Program-made: the position numbers and the translations under genes
Part shown: positions 20,307 to 29,872 of the stretch, in pieces
Layout: every line of letters starts with the position of its first letter
Position numbering within the stretch: position 1 is the first letter of the stretch
The notes under the pieces: generated by a model
Database searches by the model: none
What the model was told of the DNA's origin: nothing
Seen by the model: the letters and a program-made list of their open reading frames with translations, nothing else
Origin: Candidatus Omnitrophota bacterium
Lineage (GTDB): Bacteria; Omnitrophota; Gorgyraeia; Gygaellales; Gygaellaceae
Assembly (NCBI GenBank): GCA_018400015.1
Contig: JAGYNB010000001.1
Span: 134,815 to 198,814 of the forward strand
DNA: 64,000 nucleotides
Direction: 5' to 3'

Positions 20307-22322
20307 ATGAGGGTTTCTAAATTAACTGTTTTATTGTTGGTTTTTTGTTTTTGTTTTAATGTTGTAAGTTTTGCCGAGAGTTTGATCGAGCTGCAAAGGA
20401 TTGTGATCACGCCAAATCGTTTCTCACAGCAGTTTAAGGATTCAACAGCTGAAATCACCATAATTACACAAGAGGATATTAAGAGTTCAGGCTCGCAGAA
20501 TCTTTTGGAAGTGTTAAGACCAGTTAAGGGAGTTTTGGTAAAGGATTATTATGGCACAGGAGCAAAGGCTTCAATTGACATTAGAGGTTTTGGTGAAACA
20601 GCAGGCAATAATGTCTTAGTTTTAGTTGACGGCAGACGAGTCAATGAAGTTGATTTAAGCGGCGTAAACTGGACGCAAATACCAATCGAAAGAGTAGAAA
20701 ACATTGAAATACTTCACGGCGGTACAGGCGCAGTTCTTTATGGTGATAATGCCGTAGGAGGCGTGATTAATATTATTACCAAATTAGGCAAATCAGAAAA
20801 GCCAGAAATCAACTTTGCCCAGGCAGCAGGAAGTTACCAGCTTAATAAACAAAGCGTTAGCATCGGAGCAAAGAATGATTTATTGTCTTATTCGGTAAAT
20901 GCAACCAGATTCGATACCAACGGTTACAGGGAAAATAGTGAATATCGTTCATTTGACGCAGGGGCGAAAATAAGATATACATTGAATGATTATTTTAATC
21001 TGAATTTGAGCGCAAATTCGCATGAGGCTGATTTTGGGCTTCCCGGGCCGCTTTCATTATCTGATTTAGAGACTTATTCTAGAAGAGATTCTAAGTCCAC
21101 CGAAGAAAATAACGATGTTGGAGAGAGGGACAGTTATATAAAGTTAGGATTAGAAGGCAAGTCGATTGATTCGGGGACTTTAAATCTAGATTTTGCCTAT
21201 CGCAGTAAACTATCGGATACATATTGGGGAAGTTATTCTACGATTAACAGTACTCGAATAGATACTTTTTCTTTTACCCCCAATTACACCCTTACGGCCG
21301 ATCTATTCAATAGAGAAAATAAATTAATTTTCGGATTGGATTACTATAAGATTGATTCTATGCTTAATGATTTTAGTACTACGACAGGATTGCAGATAGG
21401 CGATAGCGATATCGACAAAAATAGTCTTGGTTTTTATTTAAGCGATTCTTTTGATCTGAGCGATAAATTTATGATTGATCTTGGCTATAGATACGAAAGA
21501 ATACGTTATGATTTCGATTATATTGATTATCAGGGGTTATATGCTTCAGTTGATGATTTCCAGAAAAGAAATGAGGAAGCCTGGAAAATAGGCAGCGTAT
21601 ACTCAGCGGATAAAGATACTCAAATATTTGTAAATTTATCCAAAAGTTTCCGATCTCCATTAACCGATGAGTTTTTATTGTATGATTTTACAGTTTTTCC
21701 TTTTGGAAGAAGCGTCAATAAAGGATTAAGCACGCAGACCTCGCTTGGAGTTGAGACAGGCCTAAGGCATGCATTTAATAAGTATTTAAAGATCGACTTG
21801 GCGCTTTTTGATATGAGGGTAAATAACGAAATATATTATGACCCATCGACTTTTTTAAACAGTAGTTACGATAAGACACGTCATCAGGGCATAGATTTAC
21901 AATTTAATACAAAGTTTACAGAGCGGATTTCTGGTTTCTTAAACTACGCATATACTAGAGCAAAGTTTGAAAAAGGAATATACGATAATAATTATATTCC
22001 TATGGTGCCGGTAAATAAAGCGAGCCTGGGACTAAATATCGGTTTTTGGAAAAACTTTAAACTTATACCTATTGTTAATTATGTAGGTTCAAGATATATG
22101 ATAAGTGATCAGCGTAATCATGCAGGTAAAGTTAAGCCTTACGCAACGGTTGATTTGCGCATGAGTTATGAAAAAAACAATTGCGAAGTATTCTTGCATG
22201 CAAATAATATATTCGATGAGCGATACAGCGAATACGCAGTAACCAATAGTTCCGGCTCGACCAAGAATTTTTATCCCGCTGCGGAAAGGAATTTACTCGT
22301 AGGAGTTTCTTATAAGTTTTGA
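20307..22322 (+). CDS. btuB: TonB-dependent corrinoid receptor (BtuB-like)
   Basis: Signal peptide, plug domain (IRGFG, VLVDG, ENIEILHG, LYGDNAVGGVINIIT), terminal aromatic YKF; under a B12 riboswitch. Confidence 0.85.
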   Translation: MRVSKLTVLLLVFCFCFNVVSFAESLIELQRIVITPNRFSQQFKDSTAEITIITQEDIKSSGSQNLLEVLRPVKGVLVKDYYGTGAKASIDIRGFGETAGNNVLVLVDGRRVNEVDLSGVNWTQIPIERVENIEILHGGTGAVLYGDNAVGGVINIITKLGKSEKPEINFAQAAGSYQLNKQSVSIGAKNDLLSYSVNATRFDTNGYRENSEYRSFDAGAKIRYTLNDYFNLNLSANSHEADFGLPGPLSLSDLETYSRRDSKSTEENNDVGERDSYIKLGLEGKSIDSGTLNLDFAYRSKLSDTYWGSYSTINSTRIDTFSFTPNYTLTADLFNRENKLIFGLDYYKIDSMLNDFSTTTGLQIGDSDIDKNSLGFYLSDSFDLSDKFMIDLGYRYERIRYDFDYIDYQGLYASVDDFQKRNEEAWKIGSVYSADKDTQIFVNLSKSFRSPLTDEFLLYDFTVFPFGRSVNKGLSTQTSLGVETGLRHAFNKYLKIDLALFDMRVNNEIYYDPSTFLNSSYDKTRHQGIDLQFNTKFTERISGFLNYAYTRAKFEKGIYDNNYIPMVPVNKASLGLNIGFWKNFKLIPIVNYVGSRYMISDQRNHAGKVKPYATVDLRMSYEKNNCEVFLHANNIFDERYSEYAVTNSSGSTKNFYPAAERNLLVGVSYKF

Positions 22323-22334
22323 TAAAATGAAATT

Positions 22335-23171
22335 ATGAGGATAAGGTTATTTGTTGTTTCGTTATTAGTTTGCTTAGGATTATTTTCAGGCGAATGCTTC
22401 GCCAGGGAACAAATGGCCCAAAGAATAGTATCCCTTGGGCCATTTTTGACAGAAGAAGTTGTTTTATTAGGGGCATCTGATCAGCTTGTAGGTATTACTA
22501 CATATTGCCGGATAGATAATAGTTTGGATATTGATAGAATCGCTACTATTATTGACGTTAATATCGAAAAGGTCCTTGCGTTAAAAACAGATTTGGTTTT
22601 GGCTACTTCTTTGACTAATGCAAATGATGTAAAGCGGTTAAGAGATTTAGGGGTAAAAGTTATGGTTTTCCCGCAGGCAAAGAATTTTGATCAGATGTGT
22701 ACGCAATTTTCTTTGCTAGCCGATTTATTGGATGAATCGGAGCAGGCAGAAGCGATTATAAGTAAGGCAAGACAAAGTATTGCATCTATTGAAGAAAGTC
22801 ATAAGGGTCTGTCTACGCAAAAGGTATTTATACAGGTTGGCGCCCGGCCATTATTCAGCATAGGAAAAGATTCATTCATTAATGATTTGGTTGTGAGAGC
22901 TGGTGGTGTGAATATAGCCGAAGACAGCAATCAAGGATTGTTTTCCCGTGAAGAAGTATTGAGGGCAAACCCTGATATTATCATTATCTCAGGCATGGGG
23001 ATAAATTTTGAAACAGAAAAAGCAATTTGGTTGAAGTATAAAAGTATTAATGCCGTAAAAAATAACCGGATTTTTGAATTCGACGCATATAAGTTATGCA
23101 GTCCGACTCCTATGAGTTTTGTCGACGCACTAAGAGAGATCGTCAGTATCTTTTATCCAAGTTTAAAATGA
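22335..23171 (+). CDS. btuF: Cobalamin-binding periplasmic protein (helical-backbone receptor)
   Basis: QRIVSLGPFLTE, SFINDLVVRAGGVN, NPDII, AVKNNRI; operon context. Confidence 0.85.
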   Translation: MRIRLFVVSLLVCLGLFSGECFAREQMAQRIVSLGPFLTEEVVLLGASDQLVGITTYCRIDNSLDIDRIATIIDVNIEKVLALKTDLVLATSLTNANDVKRLRDLGVKVMVFPQAKNFDQMCTQFSLLADLLDESEQAEAIISKARQSIASIEESHKGLSTQKVFIQVGARPLFSIGKDSFINDLVVRAGGVNIAEDSNQGLFSREEVLRANPDIIIISGMGINFETEKAIWLKYKSINAVKNNRIFEFDAYKLCSPTPMSFVDALREIVSIFYPSLK

Positions 23172-24184
23172 ACAAAAAAACCTCTAAATGGATATTCTGG
23201 TTTACGGTTGTATTCTTAATTTCGCTAGTTAGCGTTGTATTTGCTTTTGTTATAGGGAGCGTTAATTTTGGTTTAAAAGAATTAGGCGATCTTATTAATA
23301 ACAGGCTCGATCCGGTGATTTCTTCTATATTCTTTGACATCAGGCTGCCGCGGGTGGTTTTGGGTTTTGCCGTAGGAGGCGCTTTGGCAATTTCGGGAGT
23401 TTTCTTGCAAGGTATTTTTCGCAACCCTTTGGTTGAGCCGTATAGCTTAGGTATATCCGGAGGGGCAGCGCTGGGTATTTGTTTAGCGATTATTTCCGGG
23501 CTAACCTTGAAGATAGGCATGGTAATCCTTCCTTTTACCGGTTTTGTCGGAGCAATTTCTACGGTAATCGCTGTATACGCAATAAACTTCAGAAAACAAT
23601 CCCTTAGACTCAATGGAGTATTATTAAGCGGAGTAATGATAAGTTTTATAGCCTCATCTTTAGTGATGCTGTTAATGGCTATAGCCGGAAGCGATAGCAT
23701 AACCGGAATAATATTTTGGATTATGGGTTCTTTGGACCAGAGCAATATCGGTTTAATAATAATAATGTGTGTTATTTCATTTGCCGGATTGATAGTAGGA
23801 TTATTTTATGCACAGAGGTTGAATGCATTTAGTCTAGGGGAAGAAGAAGCGATGCATTTAGGTATTAATACTGAACGGCTTAAGAAAGTGATGTTTATCA
23901 CAGCTTCCATTTTGACAGGCTGTTCGGTTTCCGTATGCGGCATAATTGGTTTTGTGGGGTTAGTAGTGCCACATTTTATGAGAATATTTGTAGGCCACGA
24001 CCATAGGATTTTGATAGTTACGTCATTTTTCGCCGGGGCAGCTTTTTTGGTGGCTTGCGATATAATCTCACGAACAATTATTTCTCCGCTAGAGTTACCT
24101 GTTGGTGTAATAACAGGCATATTAGGAGGAGGCCTGTTTATTTATGCATTATCAAAAAAAGATACAATACTTTTAGGTGAGTAA
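23168..24184 (+). CDS. btuC: FecCD/BtuC-family ABC permease
   Basis: IRLPR, FRNPLVEPYSLGIS, GEEEAMHLG, GFVGLVVPH, LPVGV; start at ATG 23168 (ATGA overlap). Confidence 0.88.
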   Translation: MNKKTSKWIFWFTVVFLISLVSVVFAFVIGSVNFGLKELGDLINNRLDPVISSIFFDIRLPRVVLGFAVGGALAISGVFLQGIFRNPLVEPYSLGISGGAALGICLAIISGLTLKIGMVILPFTGFVGAISTVIAVYAINFRKQSLRLNGVLLSGVMISFIASSLVMLLMAIAGSDSITGIIFWIMGSLDQSNIGLIIIMCVISFAGLIVGLFYAQRLNAFSLGEEEAMHLGINTERLKKVMFITASILTGCSVSVCGIIGFVGLVVPHFMRIFVGHDHRILIVTSFFAGAAFLVACDIISRTIISPLELPVGVITGILGGGLFIYALSKKDTILLGE

Positions 24185-24186
24185 AC

Positions 24187-24963
24187 ATGATACATGTAGA
24201 ATCGCTTAGTGTAGCTTATGATGAAAAAGAGATTTTAGAAGATGTTTCTTTGGATATGCGCGCATGTGAGATTACGGGGATAATCGGGCCCAATGGAAGC
24301 GGTAAGACCACTCTTTTAAGGGCAATAACAAGAATCGTAAAACCCAAAGCCGGTAAAATATTTGTAGATAATTTAGATGTCGAAACATTAAGCAATTTGT
24401 GTCTTGCTAAGAAAATAGCTGTAGTTTCACAATATGCTATAAATGCATTTGATATGAATGTAGAAGACTACATTCTTTTGGGAAGAATACCTCACAGGAG
24501 AAGTCTACAGTTTATTGATTCAGCCAGTGATCATAATGTGGCAAAAAATGCTCTTTTTTTAGTAGGCATGCTGGATTTTGGAAATAGAATGCTTAGTTCT
24601 CTCAGTGCCGGAGAAAGACAGCTGGTTTTAATTGCGCGCGCCATCACGCAGCAAACAAAAGTTTTGCTTATGGACGAACCAACTTCTCATTTGGATATTT
24701 TTCATCAGATAAAGATTCTTGAGATAATAAAAAAACTTAATATTGAAAAAAAATTAACTTTTGTCATTGTAATGCACGATTTAAATCTAGCTTCCCAATT
24801 TTGTAAACGGTTGATACTTTTAAATGACAAAAAAGTTAGAATACAAGGTACGCCGGAGGAAATTATCAAAAAAGACATAATAGAAGAAGTTTATAAAATA
24901 AAAGTTTTTAATGAAAAATTTCCCCATACAAAAAAACCTTTTATCCTTCCTGTTTCTGATTAA
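24187..24963 (+). CDS. ABC ATPase of the corrinoid importer (BtuD/FepC-like)
   Basis: GPNGSGKTT, LSAGERQ, LLMDEPT, MHDLN. Confidence 0.9.
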   Translation: MIHVESLSVAYDEKEILEDVSLDMRACEITGIIGPNGSGKTTLLRAITRIVKPKAGKIFVDNLDVETLSNLCLAKKIAVVSQYAINAFDMNVEDYILLGRIPHRRSLQFIDSASDHNVAKNALFLVGMLDFGNRMLSSLSAGERQLVLIARAITQQTKVLLMDEPTSHLDIFHQIKILEIIKKLNIEKKLTFVIVMHDLNLASQFCKRLILLNDKKVRIQGTPEEIIKKDIIEEVYKIKVFNEKFPHTKKPFILPVSD

Positions 24964-25025
24964 AGAATAATTAGTTAGCATGTAAATATATTTTCAATTT
25001 TTTTGAAAAAAAATTAAATTTTTAC

Positions 25026-25054
25026 TTGCAAATTATTTTTTATTCAGTTATATT
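25026..25054 (+). promoter_or_regulatory. sigma70 promoter of the Lys-rich peptide gene
   Basis: TTGCAA-17-TATATT with an AT-rich UP-like tract upstream. Confidence 0.65.
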
Positions 25055-25081
25055 AATAATTAGGAAGGGGGGTGAGGCGCG

Positions 25082-25165
25082 ATGGTAAAGAAGAAAAAAG
25101 CAAAGAAGAAGGTAACAAAGAAGAAGGTAACAAAGAAGAAGGCAACAAAGAAGAAGAAAAAGTAA
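25082..25165 (+). CDS. 27-aa lysine-rich histone-H1-like peptide (not in ORF track)
   Basis: Strong RBS GGGGGGTGAGG, then MVKKKKAKKKVTKKKVTKKKATKKKKK* (18 Lys of 27); own promoter and terminator. Confidence 0.8.
   Translation: MVKKKKAKKKVTKKKVTKKKATKKKKK
25101..25153 (+). repeat. 15-bp tandem repeat CAAAGAAGAAGG(T/C)AA, about 3.5 copies, encoding (V/A)TKKK
   Basis: Seen directly inside the peptide ORF. Confidence 0.85.
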
Positions 25166-25217
25166 ATAAATAGTTATTAATAGAAGTATATACTTGTTAC
25201 TTCATAGTTATTTTTAG

Positions 25218-25250
25218 AAAAACCCGCTTTGAGATATAAGCGGGTTTTTT
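25218..25250. terminator. Intrinsic terminator (potentially bidirectional) after the Lys-rich peptide
   Basis: AAAAACCCGCTT / AAGCGGGTTTTTT inverted repeat. Confidence 0.88.
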
Positions 25251-25330
25251 ATTTCCCGACGATAAATACGATGTAAACAAGAAAGAAATAACAGTTTGCA
25301 TATTTTGTTTTGTTGCGTTATTATAAATAC

Positions 25331-25837
25331 ATGATTCAACTTTATACGGGAAAAGGCAAAGGTAAAACTACTGCGGCATTTGGTCTTGCTGTTAGAGCAC
25401 TCGGTCAAAATAAAAAAGTCCGTGTTGTGCAGTTTATGAAAAAAAACACAAGCGGAGAGAATTTGTTTTTCAAGAGATACAAGAATATAAAGATCTATTG
25501 TTACGGTAGTAATAGATTTTGTAAGAAAGAAAGTTTAACAAAAAAAGATTTTGATTTGGCAAATCAGGCTTTTGATAAGGCAAAAGAATTATCAAGAAAA
25601 AGAAATATCGATCTGCTTATTTTGGATGAGTTGAGTGTTGCAGTTTATTATGGATTAGTTGATATTAATGATGTTATTCTATTTATAAAATCAATTTCAA
25701 GGAAAATTGAAGTTGTCATAACTGGCAGATATGCTCACAAAGCCATAAAAAGAACCGCTGACTTGGTAAGTGAGATAAAAGAATCTAAGCATTATTATCG
25801 AAAAGGAATTAAATCTCGTAAAGGAATAGAATATTGA
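25331..25837 (+). CDS. cobO: Cob(I)alamin adenosyltransferase (CobO/BtuR type)
   Basis: MIQLYTGKGKGKTTAAFG, VQFMK, LILDE, VITGR, ADLVSE, KGIEY. Confidence 0.92.
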   Translation: MIQLYTGKGKGKTTAAFGLAVRALGQNKKVRVVQFMKKNTSGENLFFKRYKNIKIYCYGSNRFCKKESLTKKDFDLANQAFDKAKELSRKRNIDLLILDELSVAVYYGLVDINDVILFIKSISRKIEVVITGRYAHKAIKRTADLVSEIKESKHYYRKGIKSRKGIEY

Positions 25838-26496
25838 TGTTGTTACCTTTGAATATTAAATTTTCTAAAAAAAAATGTTTAGTAATAGGTAGCGGTAGCG
25901 TTGCTTTAAGAAAAATAAGATCTCTTTTAGAATGCGGCGGGTGTGTTTCGGTTGTCAGTAAAAAAATCGATTCCAAGGCCAAAGTTTTATTTAAGAAGAA
26001 AAAAATAGCTTTTCAGGAAAGAAGATTTTTAATAAGCGATCTTAAAGATGTTTTTTTTGTTGTTTGTGCCACCAATGACAGGAAAATTAATTCGATGGTA
26101 TCGCAAGAGTGCAAGAAAAGAAAAGTTTTGGTTAACGTGGTTGATTCTTTTGATCTTTCCGATGTGATTTTCCCGGCTTTTTTCCGGCAAGGCAGTCTTG
26201 TTATTTCGGTTAATACATCAGGGGTAAGTCCGGCGTTATCAAAAAAAATCAAACAGGACCTCAGAAAACATTTTTCAAAAGATTACGCATATTTTTTAAA
26301 AGAATTGTCATTAATAAGAAAAAAAGTTCAAAATGAAATAGCCTCTTCCGGTGTAAGAAAAAAGATTTTTAAAGATTTGACCAATATAGAGGTTATGCGA
26401 GATAATATAAAGAGTTATACCAGATTACAGATCAAGAACAAGATAAAGTCATTTTACGATAGATATGCACATAATTACAATCGGATTAAACCATAA
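25837..26496 (+). CDS. Precorrin-2 dehydrogenase / sirohydrochlorin ferrochelatase (CysG N-terminal/SirC/Met8 type)
   Basis: VIGSGSVALRK Rossmann motif, ATND, VNVVD, ISVNTSGVSPAL. Confidence 0.88.
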   Translation: MLLPLNIKFSKKKCLVIGSGSVALRKIRSLLECGGCVSVVSKKIDSKAKVLFKKKKIAFQERRFLISDLKDVFFVVCATNDRKINSMVSQECKKRKVLVNVVDSFDLSDVIFPAFFRQGSLVISVNTSGVSPALSKKIKQDLRKHFSKDYAYFLKELSLIRKKVQNEIASSGVRKKIFKDLTNIEVMRDNIKSYTRLQIKNKIKSFYDRYAHNYNRIKP

Positions 26497-27502
26497 AAGT
26501 TCTCCTCTTTCGGTAAGAGAAAAGTTTGCTTTTTACGATGAAGAGCTTTCTAGAGCATTGAAGGTGCTTAATCGTATGGATTTTATTGATGAGTGCCTGA
26601 TTGTTTCTACCTGTAACAGGGTGGAGGTTTATGCTGCTACCGAAGACATAGATAGGTGTTTAGATTCGATAAAAAGCTTCTTTTTGACATATAAGGGAGT
26701 TGATATTTCCGATATCGCTGGTAATTTCTATACCTTTATTGGACACAGCGCATTTTTGCATTTATTTCAGGTAGGTTGTGGTTTAGATTCTTTGGTGATC
26801 GGCGAAACCCAAGTGTTGGGGCAATTAAAGAAAAGTTATCAGTTTGCGGTTAGAGCCTGCACCACGGGTAAGTTTATTAATTTTATGTTTCAGAAAGCTT
26901 TTTTTGTCAGTAAAAAAATCAGAAGCAGCTTTTCTTTTGGAGATGTTCAACTGAGTATTGGCTCGGTGACGGTTGATCTTATAAAGCAAAAGATCGATAG
27001 TCTTTTTAAGAAGAAGGTTTTAGTTATTGGAGCAGGAGAGATCTGTAGAACGATAATTCACTCGCTTTATAAAGAAAATATCGATTCGATTTTTGTTGCC
27101 AATCGCAGTTACGCTAAGGCATTAAAATTAAACGAACAGTTTAAAACTTTTCCATTGGATTTTACCAAAATAAGCGGACATATGAATAATGTTGATATTG
27201 TCATTACCTCAACTTCAGCGCCGCATTATATTCTGGATAAGACAAATTTTCCTACCGCTGTAGCAGGAAGAAAAAAACCGCTTATGCTTATTGATTTAGC
27301 TGTTCCACGTGACATAGAGCCTTGTTTGTCTTCTTTAAAGAGCGTTTATCTATATAACATTGATGACTTGAGGGTGATTATTGATAACAATCGTAAAAAA
27401 AGAATATATTATTTTGAAAATCATTTTAATTTACTTCAAAAAGAGACAGAGAAATTTTTTAATAAACTTTACTTTCCGCAGGAAGATTTTATAAATGTCT
27501 AA
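26465..27502 (+). CDS. hemA: Glutamyl-tRNA reductase, C-terminally shortened
   Basis: GLNHK, STCNRVE catalytic Cys, GLDSLVIGETQVLGQ, GAGE, IDLAVPRDI. Confidence 0.93.
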   Translation: MHIITIGLNHKSSPLSVREKFAFYDEELSRALKVLNRMDFIDECLIVSTCNRVEVYAATEDIDRCLDSIKSFFLTYKGVDISDIAGNFYTFIGHSAFLHLFQVGCGLDSLVIGETQVLGQLKKSYQFAVRACTTGKFINFMFQKAFFVSKKIRSSFSFGDVQLSIGSVTVDLIKQKIDSLFKKKVLVIGAGEICRTIIHSLYKENIDSIFVANRSYAKALKLNEQFKTFPLDFTKISGHMNNVDIVITSTSAPHYILDKTNFPTAVAGRKKPLMLIDLAVPRDIEPCLSSLKSVYLYNIDDLRVIIDNNRKKRIYYFENHFNLLQKETEKFFNKLYFPQEDFINV

Positions 27503-28400
27503 GGATATAATAATCGGTACCCGCGCAAGCCGGCTGGCTTTTAAACAGGCCTGTATTGCAAGAGATATATTAAAAAAAAGATTCGCTAAATACAGGTTTG
27601 TTGTAAAAAAAGTTTTTACGACTGCAGATAAAGATAAAAACAGGCCATTGAGAAAATTTTCTTCAACCGGAGTTTTTGTTAAGGAGTTGGAAAACCTTCT
27701 GATTAATAAGAAAATCGATATCGCCGTGCACAGTGCTAAAGATCTGGAAACGGTTATGCCGAAAGGTTTAACCTTGGCAGCGGTTTTAAAGCGAGAAATT
27801 CCATTTGATGTTTTGATTTCCAAAAAAAACATAAAACTTAATCAGCTTAAACCAGGTGCAGTAATCGGCACCGGTAGTTTAAGAAGAGCGGCTCAGCTGA
27901 AGAATACCAGATCTGATTTGACACTAAAAGAAATCAGAGGCAATGTTGAAACAAGGATAAAGAAATTAAATAGACAAAATTACGATGCAATTGTTCTTGC
28001 TTATGCGGGGCTTAAGAGATTAGGTATGTTAAGATATGCGACAGAAGTGTTAGATATTCTGCCTTGTGCTGGACAAGGTATAATTGCCCTGCAGGCAAGA
28101 AAAGACAATACGCCAATAATGAAGATTCTAAAAGCGATTAATTATAAGGTTAGTTTCAATGAATTAATGGCAGAAAAGGCTTTTTTGAACGCGCTTCATG
28201 CAGGTTGTAATGTTCCTGTAGGCGTTTTAGCGAAAACAAAAGGTAGATATATCGCGATTAAGGCTTCTGTTTTATCCAGAGATGGACAAATAGCTTTATG
28301 CGGTAGTTTAACAGCAATAAAGTCCTATCCAAAGAAAATCGGTTTAAGCCTTGCCCGCAGCATGGTAAAAAAGGGTGCAAAGGAACTTTTAAAAAAATGA
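27495..28400 (+). CDS. hemC: Hydroxymethylbilane synthase
   Basis: GTRASRLA, DIAVHSAKD, GTGSLRR, IRGNVETR, AGCNVP cofactor Cys. Confidence 0.95.
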   Translation: MSKDIIIGTRASRLAFKQACIARDILKKRFAKYRFVVKKVFTTADKDKNRPLRKFSSTGVFVKELENLLINKKIDIAVHSAKDLETVMPKGLTLAAVLKREIPFDVLISKKNIKLNQLKPGAVIGTGSLRRAAQLKNTRSDLTLKEIRGNVETRIKKLNRQNYDAIVLAYAGLKRLGMLRYATEVLDILPCAGQGIIALQARKDNTPIMKILKAINYKVSFNELMAEKAFLNALHAGCNVPVGVLAKTKGRYIAIKASVLSRDGQIALCGSLTAIKSYPKKIGLSLARSMVKKGAKELLKK

Positions 28401-29872
28401 AAAAGGGTAAAGTTTACCTAGTCGGTGCAGGCCCTTATGATAAAGGGTTGTTGACTTTAAGAGCCAGAGAGGTTATAAAAAAAGCCGATGTGGTTCTTTA
28501 TGATTATTTAGTTTCTAAAGATGTTCTTAAGTTTATAAAGCCAGGGGTTAATAAAGTTTGTTTTGCGAAAGACAATAAAAAGGATTTTCGCCTGCAAGGC
28601 AAAATAAACAATTTCTTGGTAAAAAATTCTCTTGCCGGTAAAAAAGTCGTTAGACTTAAAGGTGGAGACCCTTTTATTTTCTCACGCGGTATAGAGGAAT
28701 TGGAAAGTCTGGTTGAAAATGATATTCCGTTTGAAGTTGTCCCCGGTATAACCGCCGGCCTTGCCGCTTGTGTTTATTCGCTTATTCCTGTTACAAGGCG
28801 CAATTTGGTAAGCAGTGTTATTCTTGCAACCGGTTCAGAAGTTAAAAATGAAAAAAGTAATATAAATTGGGTGAGTCTTGCAAAAAGCGGCGCTACGCTC
28901 ATATTTTATATGGCTGTTGCCAGAATTCCAAAGATAAGTTTTAATTTGGTGAAAAGAGGTCTTTCTAAAGATACACCCTGCGCTTTAATTCAGGATGCCA
29001 CATCATACAAGCAGCGGATAGTTATAGGAAAATTATCTAATATTAGTTTGCTCGCAAGGCAGCGAAAGGTAAAGCCGCCAGCGATTTTTGTAATTTCAAG
29101 AACCATTTTACTACGGAATAGATTTGTTTCAGAGAATCTTGCTTTGGCTGGGAAAAAAGTTGTAGTTACTAGAGAGGATCCAGCCTATTTGGGAGAGCTT
29201 CTTAAAAAAGAAAAATCCCAAATAATTCATTTTCCAACGATAAAGACCGTTTCTCATAAATATAGTATAAAAGATTTGCATATCTACGACTGGGTATTAT
29301 TTTTAAGCGTTAATGCTGTAAGGAGATTTAGAAGATATTTAAGAAAAATTCCTAATAGTGCAAAGATTGCCTGTATAGGTGTAAGAACCGCGGAATATCT
29401 TAAACAGCTTGGTTATAAAGTTGATTTAGTGCCGGAGGAGTTTTCCAGTCAGGGGTTAATAAAAGCATTAAGGAAAAGGCAGTTGAATAAAAAGAACGTG
29501 CTTATTGTGCGTTCAAAAAAAGGTAATGATCTTTTGAAGAAAGCCCTTTGTAAAAAAGTCAATATGTTAAAAGAAATTTATGTTTATGATATTATTCCTG
29601 GTTCGCCAGATAAAAGAATGTTTTTTAGGCAAGTTTCTAAGGGTGCTGATATTTTTACCTTTTTAAGCGCTCAGAGTGCGGATAATTTTGTTAATATTTT
29701 AGGAAAGAATAAAGCTAAACTTCTAGTGAGGCAAGGATTAGTTGCTTCTATTGGGCCAGAGACCAGTAAAAGGTTGAAGCAGCTAGGGATAGGTGTAGAT
29801 TTTCAACCTAAGGTGTATACTATCAATAGTTTTGTAAACGGGTTAAAACAGGCGATAAGAAAACGATGGTAG
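28397..29872 (+). CDS. Uroporphyrinogen-III C-methyltransferase / uroporphyrinogen-III synthase fusion (CobA-HemD)
   Basis: VYLVGAGP, RLKGGDPFIFSRG, VPGITA; C-terminal HemD half (VVVTR, SVNAV, ACIG, SIGPET). Confidence 0.92.
   Translation: MKKGKVYLVGAGPYDKGLLTLRAREVIKKADVVLYDYLVSKDVLKFIKPGVNKVCFAKDNKKDFRLQGKINNFLVKNSLAGKKVVRLKGGDPFIFSRGIEELESLVENDIPFEVVPGITAGLAACVYSLIPVTRRNLVSSVILATGSEVKNEKSNINWVSLAKSGATLIFYMAVARIPKISFNLVKRGLSKDTPCALIQDATSYKQRIVIGKLSNISLLARQRKVKPPAIFVISRTILLRNRFVSENLALAGKKVVVTREDPAYLGELLKKEKSQIIHFPTIKTVSHKYSIKDLHIYDWVLFLSVNAVRRFRRYLRKIPNSAKIACIGVRTAEYLKQLGYKVDLVPEEFSSQGLIKALRKRQLNKKNVLIVRSKKGNDLLKKALCKKVNMLKEIYVYDIIPGSPDKRMFFRQVSKGADIFTFLSAQSADNFVNILGKNKAKLLVRQGLVASIGPETSKRLKQLGIGVDFQPKVYTINSFVNGLKQAIRKRW

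Noticed and set aside
23143-23745. 200-aa antisense ORF, and the many other 60-166 aa shadow ORFs
   Set aside because: They lie opposite or within well-supported genes and have no RBS or motifs; typical antisense-frame artefacts
25101-25153. Tandem repeat as CRISPR or non-coding VNTR
   Set aside because: 15-bp unit with no spacers and no cas genes; in frame within an ORF that has an RBS
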